A DNA stretch of 29,642 nt from an uncultured bacterium (GCA_964005845.1 CAXFTV010000594.1:1-29642); one strand, 5' to 3'; shown: positions 1 to 8,177, numbered from the stretch's first letter. Program-made: numbers and translations. The notes: a model not told the origin generated them from the sequence alone.

Positions 1-48
1 CTAGAGGTATACGCCGAGGCGATCCAGGAACTCTTGGATCGCAGTTGA
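1..48 (+). CDS. 3' end of an upstream gene (partial, product unknown)
   Basis: Frame 1 reads LEVYAEAIQELLDRS-TGA(46-48) and is followed immediately by a strong terminator hairpin. Confidence 0.55.
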   Translation, partial: LEVYAEAIQELLDRS

Positions 49-54
49 GGAGCC

Positions 55-111
55 TTTTAAAAAGACAAAAAAAAACGCCCCTGGTGGGCGTTTTTTTTTG
101 TCTTTTTAAAA
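55..111. terminator. Bidirectional intrinsic terminator, perfect 26-bp inverted repeat
   Basis: TTTTAAAAAGACAAAAAAAAACGCCC (55-80), loop CTGGT, GGGCGTTTTTTTTTGTCTTTTTAAAA (86-111). GC core with a 9-T tract on each strand, between convergent genes. Confidence 0.93.
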
Positions 112-137
112 ATTGCGTTGCGAGCCGATTTCAGCTT

Positions 138-428
138 TCAATAGCTGGCGTATTCGTTGAGCACATCCTCGCCGTGGCGCTCGATCAGAACTTCCTTGAA
201 CTTTTGAATGGTGGTACCCGAACGCAGGTGCGCAAGCATTTCCTTTTTGCACATCACCATGAGGGTGCCACGGCGGTAATCGGGGAAGCGGCAAAAACCT
301 GCCTCGACCGAGTCTCCCGTTATACAGCACGTATCCTCTACTTCGAGCTCGACCTGGGAGCCGGGATCGAACGAAAAATCCGTCGACTCTTCTTCCCCGG
401 ACGAAGATCCAGAGCGTTCCTCTACCAT
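138..428 (-). CDS. Small acidic hypothetical protein (96 aa) with four Cys
   Basis: ATG preceded by AAGGAG (438-443, 9-nt spacer), a promoter-like sequence upstream and the terminator downstream; protein-like composition; no family recognised. Confidence 0.7.
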   Translation of the reverse strand: MVEERSGSSSGEEESTDFSFDPGSQVELEVEDTCCITGDSVEAGFCRFPDYRRGTLMVMCKKEMLAHLRSGTTIQKFKEVLIERHGEDVLNEYASY

Positions 429-483
429 AAAGCATCACTCCTTTGCTGGGATATACAAGCTTTGGTGCCAGGCACAAAAATTT

Positions 484-513
484 ATAATATAACTGAAACT
501 TTCCAAAGATCAA
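484..513 (-). promoter_or_regulatory. Putative sigma70-type promoter for the 96-aa ORF
   Basis: Minus strand TTGATC (513-508), then TATATT/TATTAT at 16/18-nt spacing in an AT-rich patch. Confidence 0.4.
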
Positions 514-542
514 GTGAGGCGAAACGACTGCAGAGAGAGAAA

Positions 543-1304
543 TCAAAAAGGCAGATCGGCAAACCTGGACAGCACATCAGGGCCCTCTCTGGTGATGGCG
601 ACGGTGTGTTCAAACTGGGCCGATAGCTTTCCATCCTCGGTGACGGCCGTCCACTCATCCTCCAGAACCCGCACCCCCGGACGGCCCTGGTTGACCATGG
701 GTTCGATGGTAAAAACCATGCCGGCCTGCAAGCGCCGACCGGTACCGGGCAAGCCAAAATGCAAAAGCTGCGGTTCCTCGTGAAACGCGCGCCCTATTCC
801 ATGGCCGCAATAGTCGCGCACTACCGAATAACCCTGAGCTTCTACATAGCTTTGAATCGCATGCCCTATATCTCCCAGGCGCTTGCCCTTTTCAGAAGCT
901 TGTAAGCCCAGTTCCAGCGCCTGTCGGGTAGCCTCTAACAAACGCCTGGTCTCGACGTCCCCAGCACCAACCATGACGGAAACATTCATATCCCCGTGAT
1001 AACCATCTTTCTGGGCCGCAATATCCACCGCGAGCAAATCGCCTTCCTCGAGCACTTGCTCGCCCGGAATGCCGTGCACCACGACCTCATTTACCGAGAC
1101 GCAAATACTCCTGGGGTAGCCCTTGTAATTTTTGGCGCTGGCCACGGCCCCCTGTTTGCGAATGTAGGTATCGGCCACCTGATCCAACCTGAGGGTGGTG
1201 GTGCCGGCAGCTACTTCTTCGATGACCCGCAGCATAGCTTCAGCTGCGATTCGGCAACTCGTGCGGATCTTTTCAATTTCGCGGTCGGATTTGAGATGTA
1301 TCAT
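543..1304 (-). CDS. map: Methionine aminopeptidase, type I
   Basis: MIHLKSDREIEK start; SVNEVVVHGIP, DIAAQKDGYHGD, GHGIGRAFHEEP, FTIEPM and SAQFEHTV metal-binding motifs. Confidence 0.98.
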   Translation of the reverse strand: MIHLKSDREIEKIRTSCRIAAEAMLRVIEEVAAGTTTLRLDQVADTYIRKQGAVASAKNYKGYPRSICVSVNEVVVHGIPGEQVLEEGDLLAVDIAAQKDGYHGDMNVSVMVGAGDVETRRLLEATRQALELGLQASEKGKRLGDIGHAIQSYVEAQGYSVVRDYCGHGIGRAFHEEPQLLHFGLPGTGRRLQAGMVFTIEPMVNQGRPGVRVLEDEWTAVTEDGKLSAQFEHTVAITREGPDVLSRFADLPF

Positions 1305-1338
1305 AGGAAAGCACAGGTTTTATCCTTATTATTAATGA

Positions 1339-1368
1339 ATTATCGTCAATTAAGTCGCGATCTGTCAA
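1339..1368 (-). promoter_or_regulatory. Putative sigma70 promoter of map
   Basis: Minus strand TTGACA (1368-1363), 18 nt, GATAAT (1344-1339), in the AT-rich divergent intergenic region. Confidence 0.5.
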
Positions 1369-1390
1369 GTTTCAAACACTTATTTTGCCC

Positions 1391-2407
1391 ATGCCGCTGG
1401 TTTCCGTTCTCATGTCCGCGTACAATGCCGCCGCCACTCTGGATGAGACCCTGCAGACCCTGCAGGCCCAGACCATGGACGACTTTGAGGTCGTCGCAGT
1501 GGATGACGGCTCCACAGACGCAACCCGACAAATCCTCACAAACTGGCAAAAGAGCTTCCCCTCTCTACGCTTGATCAGTGCCCCCCACAGAGGCCTGATC
1601 CCCGCTCTCAACGAAGGTCTGGGACTGTGCCGGGGGACGCTCGTAGCGCGCATGGACGCAGACGATCTAGCCCACCCTCAGCGCCTTGAAAAACAGGCGC
1701 AACTTTTACAGCGACAACCCGATATCAGCGTCGTGGGCTCACTCGTCAAAACTTTTCCCCGGGAAGATGTAGGCCCGGGGCTCCGCATCTACGAAGATTG
1801 GCTCAACCAGCTGGTGCACCACGATGATATCGCCCGCGAAATCTTCATCGAAAGTCCACTGGCCAACCCTTCGGCCATGGTGCGACGACAAGAAATCCTC
1901 GACCTGGGGGGCTACTGCGAACACGGCTGGCCCGAAGACTACGACCTGTGGCTGCGCTATTTCGCGGCGGGGCGGCGTTTCGCCAAAGTCCCCGAGGTCT
2001 TGCTCTGCTGGCGCGAACACCCGGGGCGCGTCACCCATACCGACAGCCGCTACTCGGTGGAAAATTTCCTGCGCGCCAAAGCATTCTATCTTGGCCAGGG
2101 CCCCTTGCGCGAATCCCGGGACCTGCTCGTGTGGGGCGCCGGTAAAACTGGACGACGGTTGTCAAAACATCTAATCCGCGGAGGTTTCAGGCCTCGTGCT
2201 TTTGTAGACATAGCCACGGCAAAAATAGGCAAGACCCTGCGCGGCATACCGATCATCGGGGCAGCGGACCTGCCCGCCCTGTGGCACCAGCTGGAACGCC
2301 CACTGCTCCTGATCGCCGTAGCCTCGCGCGGCGCCCGGGCCCTGATTCGGACCGAACTGGCCCGCCTGCAGTTGGTGGAAACCCGAGACTTCTGGTGCGT
2401 GGCCTGA
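1391..2407 (+). CDS. Family 2 glycosyltransferase with C-terminal Rossmann-like domain (QTGAL/B3GNTL1-like architecture)
   Basis: VSVLMSAYNA, VDDGSTD, RMDADD (DxD) and PEDYDLW GT-A motifs; C-terminal LVWGAGKTGRR and AFVDI. ATG at 1391 preferred over the TTG at 1385. Confidence 0.9.
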   Translation: MPLVSVLMSAYNAAATLDETLQTLQAQTMDDFEVVAVDDGSTDATRQILTNWQKSFPSLRLISAPHRGLIPALNEGLGLCRGTLVARMDADDLAHPQRLEKQAQLLQRQPDISVVGSLVKTFPREDVGPGLRIYEDWLNQLVHHDDIAREIFIESPLANPSAMVRRQEILDLGGYCEHGWPEDYDLWLRYFAAGRRFAKVPEVLLCWREHPGRVTHTDSRYSVENFLRAKAFYLGQGPLRESRDLLVWGAGKTGRRLSKHLIRGGFRPRAFVDIATAKIGKTLRGIPIIGAADLPALWHQLERPLLLIAVASRGARALIRTELARLQLVETRDFWCVA

Positions 2408-2440
2408 TGCCTACCAACTACTACCTGCGAGAGGAAAACT

Positions 2441-3253
2441 ATGAGCACTTTTCACTACTGTCTTAATTCCAGCACCATCCGCCCGGCGCCGCTGCTGGAA
2501 AAAATCCGCATAGCCGGCAGCGTCGGCTATGCCGCCATCGAACTGTGGAATGACGATCTCGACGCCCACCTGCAGGCCGGCGGCAGCCTGGGCGAGATCA
2601 GGCAGGCGCTTGACGACGCCGGTCTTCAGGTTCCCACTGTCATCGCCGTACATGGCTGGCTCGGCTCCTCCGGCCCTTCCCATGCCCGCGCCCTGGACGA
2701 AGCTCGCCGCCGCATGGAACAGGCTGTGGAAGTAGGTGCGGCCCACATCGTCGCCAGTCCGGCGATGGAATCCGTGGACCTGTCGCACAGCGGTGCCGAG
2801 TACCGCGAACTGCTGGAATTGGGCCGCCGGATCGGCGTGGCTCCGGCCATGGAATACCTGGGTTTCGTCGCCAGTGTCTACACCATTGACCAGGCCTGGC
2901 AAATCGCAACTGAGGCCGACCACCCCGACGCCACCATAATCATGGATCCATTCCACATCCTGCGCGGCGGCGGTAGCCTTGAGAGTATTGCGAAAGTCCC
3001 CGGCGAAAAAGTGGCCATCTGGCACTGGAACGACGTGCCGGACACCCGACCCATCAACCAGCAAACGGACGCTGATCGAGTCCTGCCCGGCGATGGTGTG
3101 GGGCCGCTGATGCAGATCGAAGGCCTGGCCCGCCAGCAGGGTTATTCTGGTTTTGTTTCGCTTGAACTATTCAACCCCAAACTCTGGGAACGGGACCCCG
3201 AAGAAGTAGCCCGCATCGGCCTCGACAAGATGCAGGCATATTTCGCGACTTGA
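2441..3253 (+). CDS. Sugar phosphate isomerase/epimerase, xylose-isomerase-like TIM barrel (IolI-like)
   Basis: GYAAIELW, AMEYLGF, MDPFH, WHWND, DRVLPGDG and SLELF metal-ligand pattern; SD GAGG upstream. Confidence 0.9.
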   Translation: MSTFHYCLNSSTIRPAPLLEKIRIAGSVGYAAIELWNDDLDAHLQAGGSLGEIRQALDDAGLQVPTVIAVHGWLGSSGPSHARALDEARRRMEQAVEVGAAHIVASPAMESVDLSHSGAEYRELLELGRRIGVAPAMEYLGFVASVYTIDQAWQIATEADHPDATIIMDPFHILRGGGSLESIAKVPGEKVAIWHWNDVPDTRPINQQTDADRVLPGDGVGPLMQIEGLARQQGYSGFVSLELFNPKLWERDPEEVARIGLDKMQAYFAT

Positions 3254-3305
3254 ACAGTGTTAGGCAACCGGTCTTGGCGCACTATCTGAAAGTATACAGG
3301 CGAAC

Positions 3306-3836
3306 GTGGAATTAACCCAGAGAGTGGAACTGGTGCAGGGCGATATCACGCGCTTGCACGTAGATGCCATTGTCAATGCTGCCAATCGCTCGCTCCTGGG
3401 CGGCGGCGGCGTAGACGGCGCCATCCATCGAGCCGCCGGCCCAGAACTCCTGAGCGCGTGTCGCCGCCTGGGGGGCTGCGACACCGGCGAGGCCAGAATC
3501 ACCCGCGGCTACAAACTGCCCGCGCGCTATGTCATCCATGCGGTAGGTCCCATTTACCAGGGGTCTGCGAAAGATGCCCACCTCCTGGCCGCCTGCTACG
3601 AACACAGTCTCGAACTGGCCGCCGAACACGAACTGGAAAGCATCGCTTTCCCCGCCATCAGCTGCGGCATCTACGGCTACCCCATTGCCGCGGCCTGTGT
3701 CGTGGCAATGGCGACTACGGGCACTTTCCTTGCGGAACATTCCCGTCCTTCCAAAGTTGTATTTGCGCTCTTTTCCGCAGCTGATTACCAGGTCTACGCA
3801 GAACAGTTGGCACAATTCAAGGGCCCATTCTGCTAA
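3306..3836 (+). CDS. ymdB: Macrodomain protein, O-acetyl-ADP-ribose deacetylase (YmdB/MacroD type)
   Basis: GDIT, AIVNAANRSLLGGGGVDGAIHRAAG, VIHAVGP and SIAFPAISCGIYGYP signatures; GTG start. Confidence 0.95.
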   Translation: MELTQRVELVQGDITRLHVDAIVNAANRSLLGGGGVDGAIHRAAGPELLSACRRLGGCDTGEARITRGYKLPARYVIHAVGPIYQGSAKDAHLLAACYEHSLELAAEHELESIAFPAISCGIYGYPIAAACVVAMATTGTFLAEHSRPSKVVFALFSAADYQVYAEQLAQFKGPFC

Positions 3837-3951
3837 TTCAATCGCCCCTTGGAACCATTGCGGACAGACGGTAATCCTACCCAACAAAATGTACGAAACA
3901 AAGCACAGGGCGCCGCAGAATTAATGCATCATCCGGCGCGAGGAGGGCTAC

Positions 3952-4452
3952 TTAGAGGCCCAGAATTTCGCGGGTTAGTTTGGGCAGATGATGCCAGTCT
4001 CTCAGTTCATAGCGATTGCCATCCGCATCTTCTATGAGCGCGCGGTGGCCCGAGAGCAGACGGATATTTTTGCGGATCTGGCGAATCTCGATGTGGCGGA
4101 GACCGCTCGAGGTTTCGACGTCGGCGTTGACTACGCCGAATTCTTCGTCGATGTGGTCAACGCCGAGAATGAGGGGGCAAAAGTATATCTTATCCAATTC
4201 CACGCGCAGGCAGGACCGGCTGTCTTCAGCCAGTTCATCAATATCTTCGAGCAGCCCCAATTCGGCTCCGTCCGCAAGGAAAAAACCGATGAAACGGGTG
4301 GAGGATTCCAGCGGAAAAGCACAGCGGATCTTGGGATCTGCGTATTCTTTCCCATCCAGATTCACCACCAATTCACCGCGCTCCGAATAATAGATTTCAA
4401 GGCGATCCGGATCCAGAATATGCTCTTCGTATCTCTGGTCTTCTCCCAGCAT
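3952..4452 (-). CDS. DUF1854 domain-containing protein
   Basis: RCAFPL...ELGLLEDIDEL...DVETSSG...IRLL...LIEDADGNRYEL pattern of DUF1854; TAATG stop/start overlap with the upstream ABC gene. Confidence 0.85.
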   Translation of the reverse strand: MLGEDQRYEEHILDPDRLEIYYSERGELVVNLDGKEYADPKIRCAFPLESSTRFIGFFLADGAELGLLEDIDELAEDSRSCLRVELDKIYFCPLILGVDHIDEEFGVVNADVETSSGLRHIEIRQIRKNIRLLSGHRALIEDADGNRYELRDWHHLPKLTREILGL

Positions 4453-6797
4453 TAGATAACCCTCGTTTTAGCCAGTTCGGTCTGCATATCCACCAGACGC
4501 CGATAAACGCCGTCCTCCTTGAGCAGCAACTCCTCGTGCGTGCCGACCTCGGCGACCCGGCCTTTTTCCAGAACTAGGAGCCGATCCGCGTTTTTCAAGG
4601 TGGAAAGGCGGTGTGCAATTGCAAAAGTAGTACGACCGGCAGTGAGACGCTCCAGAGCTTCCTGGATCTCGTACTCGGTCTCGGTGTCGACCGAACTAGT
4701 GGCCTCGTCGAGGATGAGAATTCGCGGTTGTCCGATCAGGGCGCGGGCAATCGAGATACGCTGGCGCTCGCCGCCCGAAAGTCGACCGCCGCGCTCACCG
4801 ACCTCGGTGTCGTAGCCATCCGGAAAATTCATGATAAACTTGTGTGCGTTGGCAGCTCGGGCGGCGGCAATAATCTGCTGACGGGTGGATTCCGGCCGTC
4901 CATAGGCGATATTCTGAGCAATGCTGCCGTGGAAAAGTAGCGGCTCCTGCAACACCACGCCAATCTGACCACGCAGTTTGCGCTGTTCTATTTCCGTGAT
5001 GCGCTGGTCGTCGATGAGAACTTCGCCGTCCGTGGCATCGTAAAAGCGCGAAACCAGATTGACCAGAGTGGACTTGCCGGCACCGCTTGGTCCGACGATG
5101 CCGATCATCTCACCTGGCTCAACCGCAAAGTTGACCTGGTCGAGGATGCGTTCAAACCCATCGTAGGTAAAGCTGACATTGCGAAACTCCACCGCGCCTT
5201 CCAGCACCCCCGGATCGATGGCATCTCTATGGTCGAAGACCTCCGGCTCGGTGTCGAGAATTTCGAAAACCCGCTCGGCGGAAGTGGCGGCACTTTCCAA
5301 CTCCTCGGACAGGGAGCACAGCTGATTCACCGGCTGGTAGAACATCATCATGTAGGCAATAAAGGCCTGCAAATCGCCCAAAGTCAGGGTATTCTCCAGC
5401 ACCCTGCTGCCACCAAACCACCACAAGACCACCGATCCGATGGAGGTGACAAAGGTGATAGAAGGCATAAAATAGGACCGCATCTTGATAGATTGCATTC
5501 TGGATTGACGCAATTCCGCACTGCACCGGTCAAAGCGATCAATCTCGCGGTTCTCCTGGGCAAATGCTTTGACCACCTTGGCCCCGGGAATGGTATCGGC
5601 CAGATGCGAGTTGAGCACGGCGACGCGTCGCCAGATCCCGTGAAAGACCCAGTGGATGCGCCGGGTGTAAAGTAGAGTTCCGAGAACCATTACCGGGACC
5701 GGAATCAGGGCCAGAATGGCCAGTTGCCAATTCATCAAGAACAATGCCACGCCGATACCCACCAGGGTCAAAATCGCGATCACCATGTCCTGGAAACCGC
5801 GGGTAATGAACATCCGCATACGATCGGTATCGCTGGTAACCCGGGTCATGATACGACCGGTGCTCATCTGGCTGAAAAAGCCGAGCGATAGAAGCTGAAG
5901 ATATCTGAAAACCTCGGTCTGCAAATCGTAGGCCACGTGCTGGCCGAGCCAACCCAGACAATAGGTCCGGGCGGCGCCCAACAACGCCCTTGTCAGATAG
6001 ATACCCAACAATCCCAGGACCACCCAGAGCAACAATTCCACCGCCTCCGGCGGCGGAATTTTGGCTAGCGTACGTTCACCGCCCTCGAGCGGCGCTGAAC
6101 TACTGGAACTAGAGGCCGCCTCGCCCCTTCCTTCCAAGCCGCTATTTTGGACGACCACCGGCGTGATGACATCGTCGATGAGAATGCGGTTTAGCTGTGG
6201 TGGCAACAGACTGACAGCGGTAATTATCAAGGTGAGGGCGAAACCCAACAGGGCCACCCCTTTGTAGGGGACGACATAAGAGAAGAGGCGCCAGAAAGTC
6301 TCCGTCTTGCGGATACAGTGCAGACAAACCGTAGTACCCGCTCTGAGAGCCCGACCGCAGGTGGAACAATGCATCACCTGGCGGGGTGCCGGAGCTGCCT
6401 CCTTCTCTTCCGCCTCCAACTCGGATCGCTGCAGATCGGCCGAGGCGGCCTCGACCGCATGCGGCACTCCCGAAAATTTGTAGTAGGCACTCTGGGAGAA
6501 CCGCACCAACTCAATGGTCTCGTCGGCCAGTTCTACCAACAGCGTGCCGTTGCCTACATAATTTCTGGTCTGGACTCTGCGGACTTTCTCCAGCTCAATG
6601 CTGCGGATATCGGGCTCGCCTACTCCGTTGGCGCGCAAGACTATGAGCCGCTCGTCCGTAAGCGCAAACCAGGAATCTCCGTACATGCCGTCCAGGCATA
6701 GATCGGCCTTGAGTAGCATCAGCAGGAGTTCGCCCACGTTCAGCTCCCCGCGCAGATGAATTTCCAGTTCCTTGGCAATGGGCTCGACCAAATTCAC
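4452..6797 (-). CDS. Fused ABC exporter (TMD+NBD) with N-terminal PH-like domain and CxxC...CxxC zinc ribbon
   Basis: Walker A GPSGAGKST, Q-loop VLQEP, LSGGERQR, Walker B ILILDE and H-loop IAHRLST; 6-TM permease; about 160-aa N-terminal extension ending in CSTCG...CLHC. GTG 6797 (GAGG upstream) chosen; 6815 is the alternative start. Confidence 0.93.
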   Translation of the reverse strand: MNLVEPIAKELEIHLRGELNVGELLLMLLKADLCLDGMYGDSWFALTDERLIVLRANGVGEPDIRSIELEKVRRVQTRNYVGNGTLLVELADETIELVRFSQSAYYKFSGVPHAVEAASADLQRSELEAEEKEAAPAPRQVMHCSTCGRALRAGTTVCLHCIRKTETFWRLFSYVVPYKGVALLGFALTLIITAVSLLPPQLNRILIDDVITPVVVQNSGLEGRGEAASSSSSSAPLEGGERTLAKIPPPEAVELLLWVVLGLLGIYLTRALLGAARTYCLGWLGQHVAYDLQTEVFRYLQLLSLGFFSQMSTGRIMTRVTSDTDRMRMFITRGFQDMVIAILTLVGIGVALFLMNWQLAILALIPVPVMVLGTLLYTRRIHWVFHGIWRRVAVLNSHLADTIPGAKVVKAFAQENREIDRFDRCSAELRQSRMQSIKMRSYFMPSITFVTSIGSVVLWWFGGSRVLENTLTLGDLQAFIAYMMMFYQPVNQLCSLSEELESAATSAERVFEILDTEPEVFDHRDAIDPGVLEGAVEFRNVSFTYDGFERILDQVNFAVEPGEMIGIVGPSGAGKSTLVNLVSRFYDATDGEVLIDDQRITEIEQRKLRGQIGVVLQEPLLFHGSIAQNIAYGRPESTRQQIIAAARAANAHKFIMNFPDGYDTEVGERGGRLSGGERQRISIARALIGQPRILILDEATSSVDTETEYEIQEALERLTAGRTTFAIAHRLSTLKNADRLLVLEKGRVAEVGTHEELLLKEDGVYRRLVDMQTELAKTRVI

Positions 6798-7158
6798 GAC
6801 AATATCCTCGCGCACCCTGGGATCAAATGCCCATAGGCGCTCCAGAACGGTGTTTGCTGGAGTTATTTAACGGGGAATAGTAGAAAAAGATCCAAATGGG
6901 AGGGAGATCATTTTGGACTAATTTAAAGTTAAGTCCCCGGTCTGATAAACGCAAATACCTTGACTTTCTATTGCCGCCTGGGATCTTGCCTTGGCCTGGA
7001 TAATTACATACCTTGATCCCAGCCTTAGATGTGCATCCAAGCACAACCCTGGGATTGGCATTGCAGCGACGATCACCAGAGGTTTGGGGGCGATTTTGAA
7101 AGCCTTCTAATCCGTGTTACACCGGTCCTTACCACCCGACAGGAGTTTTCGAAATCTC

Positions 7159-8175
7159 ATGGATATACCGATCACAGCAACAGAGCTCCGCTCCCGTTTG
7201 AGCCAGCTGCCACGACTGAAGCTGGCTGCCTTACCCACTCCCCTGGACGAACTGCCGGCGCTGAGCGCACATCTGGAAGGACCTCGAATTCTGGCCAAGC
7301 GCGAAGATCTGACTGGACTGGCTTTCGGCGGCAACAAAATCCGCGAATTCGAGTACTCCATTGCTCAGGCGGTGGAAGGTGGCTACGATGTGCTGGTCCA
7401 TGGTGCTGCGGCCCAGTCGAATCAGTCCCGCCAGACGGCAGCCGTAGCAGCACGACTGGGACTTAAATCGGTAATTGTAGGCCGCGCCGACGCCCATGCC
7501 CACCCGCAGGGCAACCTTTTGCTCTCACACCTGTTCGGTGCCGAAGTCCACTTGCCGGCCCCGGAAGATCAGGCCAAAACCCTCGAAGCTATAATGGCCG
7601 AACTACGGACCCGGGGGCACAAACCTTTCAACACCAGTAGCGACGCCGCCCTCTACCGCAGCATCGCCTATGTCGATGGTTTCCTGGAGTTGTGGGAACA
7701 ACTCCAAGAGCGCGATATCCACCCGGATGCTATCTACTTGTGCTCCGGCGCCCATACGCACGTGGGCCTGGTGGTGGGTGCCAAAGCCCTGGGCCTTGAT
7801 CTGCGCATCATTGGCATCAGTCCAAGCCCGCGCGACGACGACCAGGCCGCTCTGGGCCTGGCCGCACTGGCGGCCGAGAACGCGGCCCTTCTCGGCCTGA
7901 ATTTGGAGTTCGCGCCCGAGGATCTCGAAAGCTACGGCGTCTTTGCCGGGCCGGCCTATGGGGTCATGACCGATGCATGCCGCGAAGCCCTTCAAGTGAT
8001 GGCAAGGAACGAAGGATTAGTGCTCGACCCGACTTACACTGGCAAAACCGCAGCGGGTCTTATCGCCCATATTCGCGCTGGCTGGTGGAATGCAGGCCAG
8101 ACCGTCGTCTTCATTCACACCGGGGGCACCCCGGCCCTTTTCGCCTACAGCGAAGAGTTGGGATTGGATTTCTAA
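7159..8175 (+). CDS. PLP-dependent lyase, D-cysteine desulfhydrase/ACC deaminase/CuyA family (divergent)
   Basis: LPTPL, AKREDLTGLAFGGNK (PLP Lys), QSN, LDPTYTGK and FIHTGG; AGGAG upstream of ATG 7159. Confidence 0.92.
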   Translation: MDIPITATELRSRLSQLPRLKLAALPTPLDELPALSAHLEGPRILAKREDLTGLAFGGNKIREFEYSIAQAVEGGYDVLVHGAAAQSNQSRQTAAVAARLGLKSVIVGRADAHAHPQGNLLLSHLFGAEVHLPAPEDQAKTLEAIMAELRTRGHKPFNTSSDAALYRSIAYVDGFLELWEQLQERDIHPDAIYLCSGAHTHVGLVVGAKALGLDLRIIGISPSPRDDDQAALGLAALAAENAALLGLNLEFAPEDLESYGVFAGPAYGVMTDACREALQVMARNEGLVLDPTYTGKTAAGLIAHIRAGWWNAGQTVVFIHTGGTPALFAYSEELGLDF

Positions 8176-8177
8176 AG

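Noticed and set aside
106-546. 146-aa minus-strand ORF overlapping the map stop (TTGA)
   Set aside because: Arg-rich off-frame composition; the 96-aa frame has the SD and ends before the terminator.
45-626. 193-aa plus-strand ORF
   Set aside because: It runs through the terminator and lies antisense to the 96-aa ORF and the map 3' end; no SD or protein-like motifs.
6823-7044. 73-aa minus-strand ORF in the divergent intergenic region
   Set aside because: AT-rich promoter-like sequence, atypical codons, no SD.
7977-8177. N-terminal extension of glcD in the ORF track
   Set aside because: It overlaps the PLP lyase gene; GlcD-like sequence begins at ATG 8178.
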